A stretch of 64,000 bases of DNA, taken from the NCBI GenBank assembly GCA_963677895.2, contig CAXXGJ010000017.1, positions 96,001-160,000 of the forward strand, written 5' to 3'. This stretch comes from Treponemataceae bacterium. GTDB taxonomy: Bacteria > Spirochaetota > Spirochaetia > Treponematales > Rectinemataceae. This document shows positions 1-10,130 of this stretch, piece by piece; positions within the stretch are counted from its first letter, which is position 1; each line of letters starts with the position of its first letter. A program made the translations under genes and the position numbers. The notes beneath the pieces were generated by a model, which searched no databases, was not told the DNA's origin, and saw only the letters and a list, made by a program, of their open reading frames with translations.

Positions 1-442
1 CCGGCCCCCACTTAAGCTGGCGTCTTCCTATCGAAAGCAGAAGCTTCTCGCCGCCGAACTCGAAGTAGCCGACGGTGGGCATGTTCGCGTCGCCAATGGA
101 GTTGATGCCATGAGCGACGAAGGGCAGATTGCCGTAATACCGCTCGGTGGCGAAGGATTGGAAATCGGGCCGGACGTCGACGCGAAAGACGAGCTCCGAC
201 CTGGCCGCATGCAGCTCGAGTCCCAGGTTGAGCACGGAAGGGAAATCGTAGTAACGGGCATAATCCTCAGGACTCAGGGACAGCGTGTCGCTTAGGGGTG
301 CGACGCTCGTGAAGTTGAAGGCGGGCATCGCCTGGACGAAAAACAGCGCCTCCCCCGGCAGCGGAGCCGGGGCGATCCATGAAAATAAGCCGAACAGGCA
401 GCAGAAAAAGAGTCCGAGCGGCTTCGATTTCGAACCTGTCAT
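1..442 (-). CDS. Exported protein, probable outer-membrane beta-barrel (Wzi/capsule-assembly-like); runs off the left edge
   Basis: Not in the ORF track. Hand translation from ATG at 442, overlapping the TGA of the upstream gene (ATGA), gives MTGSKSKPLGLFFCCLFGLFSW...LLLSIGRRQLKWGP. It is open to position 1, has a hydrophobic signal-like N-terminus and a GR..L.WGP motif. Confidence 0.6.
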   Translation of the reverse strand, partial: MTGSKSKPLGLFFCCLFGLFSWIAPAPLPGEALFFVQAMPAFNFTSVAPLSDTLSLSPEDYARYYDFPSVLNLGLELHAARSELVFRVDVRPDFQSFATERYYGNLPFVAHGINSIGDANMPTVGYFEFGGEKLLLSIGRRQLKWGP

Positions 443-2514
443 CCGAAAATCGGTCCGAGCCATCCGGCGAAATACGCTACGGCGAGCGCGATGACGACGA
501 GAAGCGCGATGTAGAGAGCCCAGGGCTTCTTTTTCTCGGCGAACGGATCCTTGATGACCTTGGCGGCCCCAGGAGGCAGAACGGCGAGATGACTCAGGGT
601 CGCGCCGAAGGGAACGTTGATCTTGAGCCGTCCATTGACCGCCCAGCCTTCCGCGTTGAGCAGGGGGCCCAGATTCCTTTTCCGCAGCTTCATGTAGGCA
701 AGAATCATGGAGGGACCGGAAATGAGGAGGAAAATGGCGGCGACGCCGACGGGCATCCAGACGCCCATGCCAAAGAAGATCCCCAGAATACCCGTAACCA
801 TGGCGCCGACGCTTCCCAAGGCGACGCCGATGGCCGCTACGGTTCCGACGTCTATTTTCTTGGGCGCCAGCTGCTCCGGTTTGGGGCCGTTGACTGTTGT
901 CTGCGCGACTCCCTTCATCTTGTCCATGTTCGCGGCTTCAGCCGAGGCCGCCCGCTTCATGGCGAGTTCCTCTACCGTCCTGATGAGCAGCTTATAGGGG
1001 CTGAAGAAGGCTTCGCGTATGCTGATAGGCTGAACGACGATCTTCGTGATGACGGCATCCCAATCGGCGCCCTCCGTATCGTAGTAAATGCCGTTTCGGC
1101 CGATGAAGATGTTGTCGGCGTCGCCGGCGGTCAAGGCCGCGACAATCGACTTTTTCCTGCCGTCCTTGCGGGATAGATCGCAATAAATAAGGTAGATGGA
1201 CGACAAACCTGCCATCGTGCCGTGAGCGGGGGCGTTTTTTACGTCCAGGCACAACTCCAGTTCCCTGCCGTCGAGAAAGAGCCTGCCCGACATGAACATT
1301 CCTCTTTTCCGAACATAGAATTCGTCAAGGTTGACAAAATTCCCCAGAATGCGCAGAAAATCCCTCTTAAGGATCAGCAGGGTCCTGATCTTGCCCAATG
1401 ATTCGGCCTTCCCCGCCATCGCCAGGTCCTTTTCTATAAGCGCGCGCAGCTTTTCCAGGGCATCCTGGCCGAAAGCGGGCTCGAAAACCTGTCCATCCAA
1501 AACGGCCACGCCCGTCTTGGGCTTGGAATCAGCCCAAGCGTTATATGAATACATCGTCGCCGCGATGTTCTCCCATTCGGCCTGTGTGACGGTGTTCGCC
1601 TGGCTGAGCTTCTTTGCCGAAAGGGCGAAAAACACCAGGACTGCCTTGCCATGGCTGGGGTGGAGGGCGCCATCGAGGCGCAGAACGCATGAAGCGTCGG
1701 GCAGGGCGACCGGTAGTCTGGCCAACTCTTCGGAATCAGCGGGGAGATTTCTGGACAAAACCGTTGCCATGAGCGCTTCCAGCTCCCCCATGGCGGAAGA
1801 AGACCCCGACATGGCCAGAATGCGGCAGCGCTTGAAATAATCATCGAGCTGCGGGCCGATCGCCTTGAAAAGGTCGGCTGCCTTCCTGCCCTCCTCTTCC
1901 GAGGCGAAAAGACCCGTAAAGGCCTCGGCCCCGATCAGCCATGACCGGTAATCCGTTACGTCGGCGCCGAACCTGTCCAGGGAAGCCGCGTCCACGCCCG
2001 CTTCGCCGCCGGAATCCTGCGCCGCGTAGCCCGTTCCGACCAGGGCGGCGATCAGCGTCTTCGAAGCCTCATCCTCGGCCGAAGCCGAAACCACGACGCC
2101 ATCTCCATTGAAAGGAAGGGCGGAGAACGTGTTTATCGCCTCTTCGACCGTGGCGAGATCGATGGATTTATGCTTGCCCTGCATCTGCGAGACGGCTTGA
2201 TTCAGCGCCGCGTCCTTCAGCTGCTCGGCGGCAATGCTGTCGTTCTGCTCGAAGAGAATGTCGAGCGAATTCAGCTGCCCCTTCAGCTCCTCGATGGTTC
2301 TGAGGATATCGGGAACCCTTATTTTTCCGTCTTTGTCGGCATCGAGATAGGCTAGACCGTCCTTGAAGGCGGGCTGGGCGGCCGGCATGGCGAGGACAGC
2401 CCACAATTTCTGATCCAGATCGCCAAGCCGGGCTATATCGGCTCCATTTCTGATGACTACCTGATCCACACCGCCAATTCGAGAAAAACTCCAAGCGCCA
2501 GCAGTTTCTTTCAT
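439..2514 (-). CDS. Uncharacterised membrane-anchored protein with EF-hand-like loops, 691 aa
   Basis: Long ORF with AAGGAG RBS; DADKDGKIRVPD and FNGDGVV loops; hydrophobic C-terminal helices (GTVAAIGVALG..., PWALYIALLVV...). Confidence 0.8.
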   Translation of the reverse strand: MKETAGAWSFSRIGGVDQVVIRNGADIARLGDLDQKLWAVLAMPAAQPAFKDGLAYLDADKDGKIRVPDILRTIEELKGQLNSLDILFEQNDSIAAEQLKDAALNQAVSQMQGKHKSIDLATVEEAINTFSALPFNGDGVVVSASAEDEASKTLIAALVGTGYAAQDSGGEAGVDAASLDRFGADVTDYRSWLIGAEAFTGLFASEEEGRKAADLFKAIGPQLDDYFKRCRILAMSGSSSAMGELEALMATVLSRNLPADSEELARLPVALPDASCVLRLDGALHPSHGKAVLVFFALSAKKLSQANTVTQAEWENIAATMYSYNAWADSKPKTGVAVLDGQVFEPAFGQDALEKLRALIEKDLAMAGKAESLGKIRTLLILKRDFLRILGNFVNLDEFYVRKRGMFMSGRLFLDGRELELCLDVKNAPAHGTMAGLSSIYLIYCDLSRKDGRKKSIVAALTAGDADNIFIGRNGIYYDTEGADWDAVITKIVVQPISIREAFFSPYKLLIRTVEELAMKRAASAEAANMDKMKGVAQTTVNGPKPEQLAPKKIDVGTVAAIGVALGSVGAMVTGILGIFFGMGVWMPVGVAAIFLLISGPSMILAYMKLRKRNLGPLLNAEGWAVNGRLKINVPFGATLSHLAVLPPGAAKVIKDPFAEKKKPWALYIALLVVIALAVAYFAGWLGPIFG

Positions 2515-2622
2515 AGGGATAGACTCCTTATCTGCACGATCATTCTAGTCGCTGCCTGTTACAGTATCAGCGGTTTTCTTTTTCCGCGCAAGGCTATATA
2601 TAGATTTCCAGGCATAAGTCAT

Positions 2623-2652
2623 TTGACCGGCTCCAGAGAATTTGGCTATACT
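2623..2652 (+). promoter_or_regulatory. Sigma70-type promoter for trxA
   Basis: TTGACC-N18-TATACT upstream of the AAGGAG RBS. Confidence 0.55.
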
Positions 2653-2706
2653 ATATGAGCAAATCCCAAACGGAAAATTTCCAGGAAAGATATTCAAGGA
2701 GCCGTC

Positions 2707-3024
2707 ATGAGCGTCGAAGTAACCCTTACCTCAGCCAACTTCCAGGCGGAAGTTCTCGATTCAAAAATCCCCGTCCTCGTCGATTTCTGGGCCGAATGGT
2801 GCATGCCTTGCAGGATGATCGCCCCTTCGATCGCCCAGATCGCCGAAGCCAATGAAGGCAAAATCAAGGTAGGGAAAGTAAATGTCGACGATGAAGGCGA
2901 TATAGCTTCGCAATATGGCATCATCTCGATCCCCACGCTTCTGTTTTTCAAGGACGGCCAGCTCGCCAAACAGAAAGTAGGGGCTCTGCCCAAACACGAG
3001 ATTGAGAACTTCATAAAAGACTGA
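2707..3024 (+). CDS. trxA: Thioredoxin
   Basis: VDFWAEWCMPCRMIAP active site (WCMPC variant) and cis-Pro motif SIPTL; 105 aa. Confidence 0.95.
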   Translation: MSVEVTLTSANFQAEVLDSKIPVLVDFWAEWCMPCRMIAPSIAQIAEANEGKIKVGKVNVDDEGDIASQYGIISIPTLLFFKDGQLAKQKVGALPKHEIENFIKD

Positions 3025-3054
3025 ACCTAAACGCTCCGGAGCGTCTCCAGGATC

Positions 3055-4191
3055 TTAACGGATCTTGGAGTCGCTCATTTTTGTCTTCTTGGAACCTGCG
3101 GCGGGTTTTCCCGGAGCGGCGATGCCCGGGCTCTGGCTGCCCGATTCCCCGACCTGCCATTGACCGGCCCCCGGGTCGCCATCGCGATTCCGGTGCAGGG
3201 GCTTGGAAGCCGAGCTCTTCCAGGGAAATCCGTCTTCCCATAATGGCGGGCTGGAGCAAGGCCAGAGATCGGCAAGCGTCAACTCCTCCAGAAAACCCAA
3301 AAGCTTAGCCGAATCGACCTCTCCTGTTTTTTCTGAGGAAACGAAGAAGACGCCATCCACTGGCTGATCTTCTTCCCTGAGCCTTACCATGATAAGGCCG
3401 GTCTCATCCGGAATTCCGCCCGCTTCGGTCCAGAAATCCCTTCCCGTGGCGCTCGCGTCCACGCCTCCCGAAAGCGAAAGATCCGGCCCGGTTTCGTCCA
3501 CTTCGGACTGAAGGCCTTCGGGGGCGCAATGCAGGACAACGAGAGAATTCTTGGCCGCTTCGCTGGGCGGAAAAGTGTAGGACATGATCTTTACCGAACT
3601 GGCCCATTGGACCTGTATCCCCCCGGTATTTCCGCCTTCCTCGACCGTGAACTCGACATAATCCCTATGGGGATTACTGGCCGAACTGTTCTTGCCCGTC
3701 TGTATCTCGTTTATGCGCAGCAGCGCGGGTTTTTCATTGTAGCCGACGAAGGAAAAAAGGAATCTCGTCGTATTGCCGGACTCGTCCCTGGCCTCGCCGG
3801 AGAGGGAGCAGGCCTCCCCCGCAGCGGCCGCTGGCTCCAACGAGACGGTCAGGAGCGCCCCCTCGGAACCGGGCGTCGCTCTGGTAGCCGCGGGAGCGAA
3901 AGCGAAACTCTGGATCACCGGCTGGATATTTTCGTCGAAGAGAATCTTGAAGGTTCCCGGATCGCTCTGGCCGGCGTCAAGAATGGAGGGGGGCCTGATA
4001 TCGCCCGCCGGCAGAAGTATGTCCGCAGGATCGGGGGAGCAGGCAACGAGGAAAGCGGCGGCCGCGAGACAAGGCCAGAGCGTGGCGATTCGCCGTGAGA
4101 TGAATGGACAAAGGCAGCTGCCGCCGCCGTTACTTCTTTTAAGGCTAGCGGCCTCTGGCCTCCGCATTCCCGAAAGTCCGGACCTCCCCAT
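3055..4191 (-). CDS. Putative lipoprotein with Ig-like and lamin-tail-like domain
   Basis: AGGAGG RBS before ATG 4191; lipobox-like FLVAC; LRINEI...DYVEF pattern typical of lamin-tail-type domains. Start uncertain. Confidence 0.55.
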   Translation of the reverse strand: MGRSGLSGMRRPEAASLKRSNGGGSCLCPFISRRIATLWPCLAAAAFLVACSPDPADILLPAGDIRPPSILDAGQSDPGTFKILFDENIQPVIQSFAFAPAATRATPGSEGALLTVSLEPAAAAGEACSLSGEARDESGNTTRFLFSFVGYNEKPALLRINEIQTGKNSSASNPHRDYVEFTVEEGGNTGGIQVQWASSVKIMSYTFPPSEAAKNSLVVLHCAPEGLQSEVDETGPDLSLSGGVDASATGRDFWTEAGGIPDETGLIMVRLREEDQPVDGVFFVSSEKTGEVDSAKLLGFLEELTLADLWPCSSPPLWEDGFPWKSSASKPLHRNRDGDPGAGQWQVGESGSQSPGIAAPGKPAAGSKKTKMSDSKIR

Positions 4192-4288
4192 GGATACCTC
4201 CTGGCTACGTCTCACCCTACGAACGTCCGGAGATTATTCCTTCGCTTCAATATTGCCGGGCGGCGCCTCCCTGAAGTAAGATTGTCGC

Positions 4289-4747
4289 ATGAATATTGTA
4301 ATAGCCAACGACCATGGCGCCGTCGAACTTAAAAAACGGCTTCTCCAATGGTTGCAGAAAAATGGGCATTCGGTAAGGAATCTGGGCGTCGACTCGGAAG
4401 ACAGGGTCGATTACCCAGACATGGCGGCTCTGGCGGTCAAGGAGTATTCCAGGGGCGGCTATGATTTCGGCATCCTGCTCTGCGGGACCGGCATCGGAAT
4501 TTCCATCGCCGCGAACAGGCATAAGGGAATCCGCTGCGCCCTCATCCACGACAGCTTCACCGCCCTCATGGCCAAGGAGCATAACAACGCCAACTTCCTC
4601 GCCTTCGGCGGAAGGGTTCAATACAGGGAAAAGCCTGAAGATATTCTGGAAGTGTTCATGAACGCCAGCTTCCAGGGCGGCCGCCACGAGCTGAGGATAG
4701 AAAAACTGGACGCGTTTGAGGAAACGGAGAATTTCACCTTACCCTGA
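4289..4747 (+). CDS. rpiB: Ribose-5-phosphate isomerase B
   Basis: NDHGA, VDYPD, LLCGTGIGISIAAN, EHNNAN and GGRH motifs. Confidence 0.95.
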   Translation: MNIVIANDHGAVELKKRLLQWLQKNGHSVRNLGVDSEDRVDYPDMAALAVKEYSRGGYDFGILLCGTGIGISIAANRHKGIRCALIHDSFTALMAKEHNNANFLAFGGRVQYREKPEDILEVFMNASFQGGRHELRIEKLDAFEETENFTLP

Positions 4748-5843
4748 TGCGGAGAAGTTCGGTCCGGTCGACGACGAGGCTGGCTCCGTAAAGGGCGGCG
4801 CCCAAAAGACCCGCTCTGCGCGACAGAAGCGCCGTATCGAATTTGCATTGCCTCCATGCATCGCGATACACCTTCTCGCGCACGAGTCCGGCGATCCGCG
4901 CCGGCAGGTGGGGGGCTCCCGCTATGACGCCGCCGCCGAAGACGACGGTATCGGGCGCCAACATGGCCAAGGCTGCCGATACGGCGCGTGCCAGAGCCTC
5001 GGCGGCTACCGCGTCGACGGCGAGCGCGAGGCGATCCCCGGCCGCGTAGGCTTCGTAGACTTCCCGGGCGTTAAAACATTCACCGGCGAGCGCGCGCGCC
5101 GCCAGGGGCGAATCTTTGAATGAGGAGGCAGGGCCGGCGGCGCGCGCCATCGACCCGAGCCCCGCGTCTTCTCCCCTGCCCAAGGCGGCCGCTATCTTCC
5201 CGATGGATGGCCCCGAAGCGTAGGCCTCGGAGCAGCCGTCGATGCCGCAGGCGCAGCGCCTGCCGGAAGGTTCGATCACGAAATGCCCGATCTCCAGCGC
5301 CCTGTCGTCGCAGCCGCCGAAGATCCTGCCATTTTCCACATAGCCGCCGCCGATCCCCGTCCCCAGGCCTATGAACAGCAAACCTTTCGGGCTTCCTTCC
5401 CTCGCCGCCCACTCCCCGTAGGCGGCCATATTACCATCGTTGCGAACGGCGCAGAGAGCGGCAGCCATGGCGGATATTTCTTCTCGAAGCTTCGTTCCAT
5501 ACCAGCCGGAAATATTGGCCGACATGCCGACGATGACTCCGTCGCGATCCACCCCGCCTGGCGTGCCGACGCCCACCGAGGCAATCGTTCCAACAGCCGA
5601 AAGCTCGGCGATAACGCCGCGGATGACATCCAGGACGGCGGCCGCTCCACCCGGGGCGATCGCGCCCCACGAGGCAGCCGTCTCCCGCGAGGCGGCCGCC
5701 CCACCCGGGGCGATCGCGCCCCGCGAGGCGGGCGTAGTCCGCGACACCTCATGTCTCGTCTTCCCCGCGCCATCCAGGACGATGCCCTTTATGCTTTGCC
5801 CGCCTATGTCCAGACCGGCGTAGAGCTTTTCCATTCGGATCAT
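4734..5843 (-). CDS. ROK-family sugar kinase (glucokinase-like)
   Basis: GLDIGG, VGTPG, NDGN, GLGTGIGGG and EIGH...CACGIDGCSE zinc motif. Confidence 0.9.
   Translation of the reverse strand: MIRMEKLYAGLDIGGQSIKGIVLDGAGKTRHEVSRTTPASRGAIAPGGAAASRETAASWGAIAPGGAAAVLDVIRGVIAELSAVGTIASVGVGTPGGVDRDGVIVGMSANISGWYGTKLREEISAMAAALCAVRNDGNMAAYGEWAAREGSPKGLLFIGLGTGIGGGYVENGRIFGGCDDRALEIGHFVIEPSGRRCACGIDGCSEAYASGPSIGKIAAALGRGEDAGLGSMARAAGPASSFKDSPLAARALAGECFNAREVYEAYAAGDRLALAVDAVAAEALARAVSAALAMLAPDTVVFGGGVIAGAPHLPARIAGLVREKVYRDAWRQCKFDTALLSRRAGLLGAALYGASLVVDRTELLRIRVR
5637..5729. repeat. In-frame direct repeat (39-bp copies, 54-bp period) inside the ROK gene
   Basis: GGCGGCCGCYCCACCCGGGGCGATCGCGCCCCRCGAGGC at 5637 and 5691, encoding AS(R/W)GAIAPGGAA twice. 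Confidence 0.9.
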
Positions 5844-5849
5844 ATCCTT

Positions 5850-7265
5850 TCAGAGAATATAGGTTTCACCCGCTTGAACTATCTCTACGGCCGCGGCGCC
5901 CGCTCCCAGCACCTTCTCCCTCATCGAAGCGAGGGCTTCCGATTCGCCATGGACGAGGAACACTTTCTTGATCCTCGCGATATCGGTTCCCTTCAGCCAA
6001 TCGAGCGTTTCCTTCCAGTCGGCGTGAGCCGAAAAAGCGTCTATTTCCTGGATATCGGCCTTCACCCTGAACCAGTCTCCATGAATCCGCACATCTTTGG
6101 CTCCGTCCCTCAATCGCCTGCCCAGAGTTCCCTCGGCCATATAGCCGACGATAAGGATAGTATTCGCGGCGCTGCCCACATTGTGGATCAGATGATGCTG
6201 TATCCTTCCGAATTCGCACATTCCATCGGCGGATATGATGATCATGGACCCCTTCGCAGCGTTGAGGGCCTTGGAATCGGCGACCGTCCTGGAAAAACGA
6301 AGCGCTGCGAAGCCGAAAGGATTCTCGGAATGGACCGTGAAGGCATCGTGGGTCTGCTGGTCGTAGCATTCGGGATGAAGACGGAATATCTCCGTCGCGT
6401 CCACCGCCATAGGCGAATCCACCCAGATGGGCAAATCGGGAATTTCGCCTTTGTCCTGGAGAAGGTGGAGATTGAAAACAAGCTCCTGCGTTCTTTCCAC
6501 GGCGAAGGCGGGAATGATGATCTTACCGCCGGACCGGACGGTGTTCGTCACGATATAAGCCAGCCTTTTCAGGGCATCGGCCGTGTCTTCATGCAGTTTG
6601 TTGCCGTAGGTGCTCTCCAGAACCAGGTAATCGAGATCCTCGAGGAATTCGGGATCGCGGATTATGGGCTTGTCCTTCCTGCCAAGGTCCCCGCTGAAGC
6701 CCACCACGAGTTCCTCGCCGTCGGCCGCTTTCAGTTTCATCCGAACGAGAGCTGAACCCAGTATGTGGCCGGCGTCGAAAAATTCAATAGAGACGCCATC
6801 CATGAGGGTAATAGGCCGGTGATAGTTGATGGTGACGAACTGACCCGTCGTCTTGACGACATCCAGGTCTTCGTACAGCGGCTTCCAGTCGAATTTTTCA
6901 TTCTTCTTGTCCGCCTGGCGGGAGAGATAGTCGGCATCGCGCGCCTGGATGCGCGCCGAATCCATCATGACGAGATTGGCGAGATCCCTCGTCGCCGACG
7001 TCGAGTAGATATTGCCCGAAAATCCGCGCTTTACCAAAAGCGGCAGGAGCCCGCAATGGTCGAAATGAGCGTGCGTGAGGACGACGGCGTCGATGGCCGA
7101 GGCGGGAAGCTCACCGAGAAGCGCGCGGTTTTTCGCGTCCGATTCGGCTCTTCTCCCCTGGAAGGCCCCGCAATCGACCAATATCCGTTTCCCGTCCATT
7201 TCGACAAGATGTTTGGAACCCGTCACTTCACCAGCGGCGCCCAGAGAGCGAATGGATATACTCAT
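5850..7265 (-). CDS. MBL-fold beta-CASP ribonuclease
   Basis: GAAGEVTGS, LTHAHFDHCG, AGHILGS, ESTYG, FSAHAD and LVHGE motifs. Confidence 0.9.
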   Translation of the reverse strand: MSISIRSLGAAGEVTGSKHLVEMDGKRILVDCGAFQGRRAESDAKNRALLGELPASAIDAVVLTHAHFDHCGLLPLLVKRGFSGNIYSTSATRDLANLVMMDSARIQARDADYLSRQADKKNEKFDWKPLYEDLDVVKTTGQFVTINYHRPITLMDGVSIEFFDAGHILGSALVRMKLKAADGEELVVGFSGDLGRKDKPIIRDPEFLEDLDYLVLESTYGNKLHEDTADALKRLAYIVTNTVRSGGKIIIPAFAVERTQELVFNLHLLQDKGEIPDLPIWVDSPMAVDATEIFRLHPECYDQQTHDAFTVHSENPFGFAALRFSRTVADSKALNAAKGSMIIISADGMCEFGRIQHHLIHNVGSAANTILIVGYMAEGTLGRRLRDGAKDVRIHGDWFRVKADIQEIDAFSAHADWKETLDWLKGTDIARIKKVFLVHGESEALASMREKVLGAGAAAVEIVQAGETYIL

Positions 7266-7361
7266 ACCACAAGTATACCATCAAGTTTCCGTTAGGCAAA
7301 GAAAACTTGCCTTCGGCCGTACTTGCGGAATTCTCGAATATCTGCCTATTATCATTCCAGC

Positions 7362-8540
7362 ATGGCTGACAGGATAACCCTTACCGTTGAAAAGCTCGCT
7401 TCGGGCGGCGACGGTATCGCATTCCTCGACGGCAAGGCCGTCTTCATCCCCTTCAGCATTCCCGGCGAGAAAATAACCTGCGAAATCGCCGAAACATCCA
7501 AAGACTATATCCGCGCGAAACTCCTCGACGTTCTTGTCCCCTCCCCCTTCAGGGTAAAGCCCCCCTGTCCCATTTTCGGCTTCTGCGGCGGCTGCGGCCT
7601 ACAGCACATAGAGTATGGCCATCAGCTCGAATTCAAGGCCGAGGCCGTCAGGGACAGCTTCAGGCGCATCGCCAAGCTCGATCCGACAGGAATGGCGATA
7701 AAGAGCGGCGCGCCCAACGGCTACAGGAACAGGGTCCAGCTTCACGTCACGAGTGATCACGGAATCGGCTTCATGGAAGCCGATTCCGCGTCTTCGCTCC
7801 GGGCCGAAGGCTGCCCCATAGCCGCGCCCTGCATCGACGCATGGCTGCGCCGCCAGAACCGGAAGTCCAGACCGGACAAAGAGCTTCAGGCGCGGATAGG
7901 CCAGCGCGACCGCTTCGTCGTGTTCGGCCAGGATGAGCGGCTCTACATCGAAGGGATCGACGCTCAGGCGAAAGCCCTAGTGGCGGGCAGGGAATACCGT
8001 TTCCCGCTCAAGCACTTTTTCCAGAGCAATCTGGAGATGGCCGGCGCCCTCGTCGACGACGCCCTGCGGGGCATCTCGGGACAAAAAGCCGTAGACCTCT
8101 ACAGCGGCGCCGGCCTATTCGCCGCCCGCCTGGCCGGGCAGTTCGGCGAGGTGACCTGCGTCGAAAGCGATGCCGTGTCGCTGGAAGCGGCCCGGGGCAA
8201 CCTGCCCGCGGGAACCGGACGTTTCGTGCCCACCGACGTCGAAACCTGGGCCCTGGCGGCCGCCGCGCGCGCTCGCCGCGGGGAAGCCTCCCGTTTCGAC
8301 TGGGTTCTCGCCGATCCTCCGCGCAGCGGGCTCTCGCCCGCCACAAGGGAATGGCTGAAAGGCGCTAATATAGGCGGCTTCATCTACGTTTCCTGCGATC
8401 ACGTGACGATGGCGCGCGACATCGGCGACCTTACCCGCGCGGGTTGGAGCCTGGAATCCTTGACGCTGTATGATTTTTATCCCCAGACGGGATATATCGA
8501 AGCCCTCGGGCGGCTTAAGCCCCCCGAGAACGCCATATAG
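7362..8540 (+). CDS. rlmD: 23S rRNA (uracil-C5) methyltransferase, RlmD/TrmA family
   Basis: TRAM domain, CPIFGFCGGC Fe-S motif, FFQSN, DLYSGAG, DPPRSG, YVSC and FYPQT. Confidence 0.85.
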   Translation: MADRITLTVEKLASGGDGIAFLDGKAVFIPFSIPGEKITCEIAETSKDYIRAKLLDVLVPSPFRVKPPCPIFGFCGGCGLQHIEYGHQLEFKAEAVRDSFRRIAKLDPTGMAIKSGAPNGYRNRVQLHVTSDHGIGFMEADSASSLRAEGCPIAAPCIDAWLRRQNRKSRPDKELQARIGQRDRFVVFGQDERLYIEGIDAQAKALVAGREYRFPLKHFFQSNLEMAGALVDDALRGISGQKAVDLYSGAGLFAARLAGQFGEVTCVESDAVSLEAARGNLPAGTGRFVPTDVETWALAAAARARRGEASRFDWVLADPPRSGLSPATREWLKGANIGGFIYVSCDHVTMARDIGDLTRAGWSLESLTLYDFYPQTGYIEALGRLKPPENAI

Positions 8541-8549
8541 GAGGCTACC

Positions 8550-10130
8550 ATGGAACGATCCGGTCCATTCAAAGGCAGAACGATTGCCGTCGTGAACGAT
8601 CTATCGCTCGATGAACAGCGATATCTCTATAAAAAAACCAGCGAACTGAAAAATCTCGCCCGTTCGGGCGGAGACCTGAGTCCCTTCAAAATCAACGATC
8701 CCAGTTACCAGGCCTACCTCATCTTCATGGAAGACTCGACGAGGACGCGCGAATCATTCCGCAACGCGGCCAAATTCCTCGGGTGCCGCACCAATGTCTT
8801 CGACGCGGCCTCCAGTTCCTTCAACAAGAACGAATCCATGACGGATGCCATAAAAATGCTGTACGGCTATTCGGCCGACTCCTGCTTCATCCTGCGCACG
8901 AAGCTCGAAGGCGCCTGCCGCTGGCTTCAGGGAGCCCTCTCCCGCTACGCGGAGATTTCCGGCGGCCCCCGCCCCGGATTCATCAACGCGGGCGACGGAA
9001 AGCACGAGCACCCCACCCAGGAATTCCTCGACGAATTCTCTTTTCTCGAACAGCTGAACTGGAACGAGGACCACATCCATATCGCCCTCACTGGCGACCT
9101 CTACCATGGACGCACCGTCCACTCCAAGGCCGACGGTTTGAGAATCTTCCGGAACGTCGAGGTCGATCTCGTAGCCCCCGAACTGCTCTCCATGCCCTCC
9201 TACTACATCGAAAGGATGAAAGCCAACGGCTACAAGATCAACTCCTACGAATCCCTGGACGAATACCTGGCTTCGGGCAAGGTGGCGCCTATCTGGTACT
9301 TCACCAGGCTGCAGCTCGAACGCATGGGCGACTCGGTGCTGGAACGCGCGCCCTTCCTCCGGAAAAGCGTGACCTTCCGCAAGGACATGCTGAGCCTCCT
9401 GCCCGACGATGCCCGCTTCTACCACCCTCTGCCCCGCGACCGCCTCAATCCGACCAATCCCACCTTCCTCGACGAGCTTCCGCTCAATCGATGGGACGCG
9501 CAGTCGGCCAACGGTTATTGGACGAGGATCATAGAGATAGGCATGGTCTCGGGCCTTCTCGGCAAGGACTTCGAGGGGGCCTTCGCCATGGAACCGGATA
9601 TCGTGGAAGACTTCATCATCGAGGCTCCCTCCGCCAACCATAGCAAGCCTGAATATAAAGTGGGCATAAAACCGGTGGAGGAAGGCATCGTCATCGACCA
9701 TATCGCTTCGGGAGAACCCATCGAAAAGATATGGAGCAACGTGGAGGCGGTGCGCAAGATCCTCAAGCTCAACGTCCGCTCGAGCCATGGCGTCTACCAC
9801 TCGTTCAAGGGCACTGAAGTCTACAAGGGCATCATCTCCCTGCCGGACATCATCAGCTTCGGGGAAAAGGACCTGAAAAAACTGGCCGCGATAGCGCCCG
9901 GCTGCACGCTCAACCTCATCCGCGATTCGAAGGTGGCGAAAAAATATCGCCTGGCCATGCCGCCCAGGATCTATGGTTTCGAGGAAATTTCCTGCAAGAA
10001 TGAAAACTGCATCTCTAATCCGAAGAACAACGAGGGCGTAACCACGGAGTTCCGGCGGAAGTCGGGTTCCACCTTCGTGTGCCGCTACTGCGAGCGCGAA
10101 CACCCGTTCAGGGAGATCTGGGATATCTAG
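8550..10130 (+). CDS. pyrBI: Fused aspartate carbamoyltransferase catalytic + regulatory chain
   Basis: STRT, HPTQ, GRTVHS and HPLP in the PyrB part, followed in frame by GIVIDHI and CKNENCIS...CRYCE of the PyrI zinc domain. Confidence 0.95.
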   Translation: MERSGPFKGRTIAVVNDLSLDEQRYLYKKTSELKNLARSGGDLSPFKINDPSYQAYLIFMEDSTRTRESFRNAAKFLGCRTNVFDAASSSFNKNESMTDAIKMLYGYSADSCFILRTKLEGACRWLQGALSRYAEISGGPRPGFINAGDGKHEHPTQEFLDEFSFLEQLNWNEDHIHIALTGDLYHGRTVHSKADGLRIFRNVEVDLVAPELLSMPSYYIERMKANGYKINSYESLDEYLASGKVAPIWYFTRLQLERMGDSVLERAPFLRKSVTFRKDMLSLLPDDARFYHPLPRDRLNPTNPTFLDELPLNRWDAQSANGYWTRIIEIGMVSGLLGKDFEGAFAMEPDIVEDFIIEAPSANHSKPEYKVGIKPVEEGIVIDHIASGEPIEKIWSNVEAVRKILKLNVRSSHGVYHSFKGTEVYKGIISLPDIISFGEKDLKKLAAIAPGCTLNLIRDSKVAKKYRLAMPPRIYGFEEISCKNENCISNPKNNEGVTTEFRRKSGSTFVCRYCEREHPFREIWDI

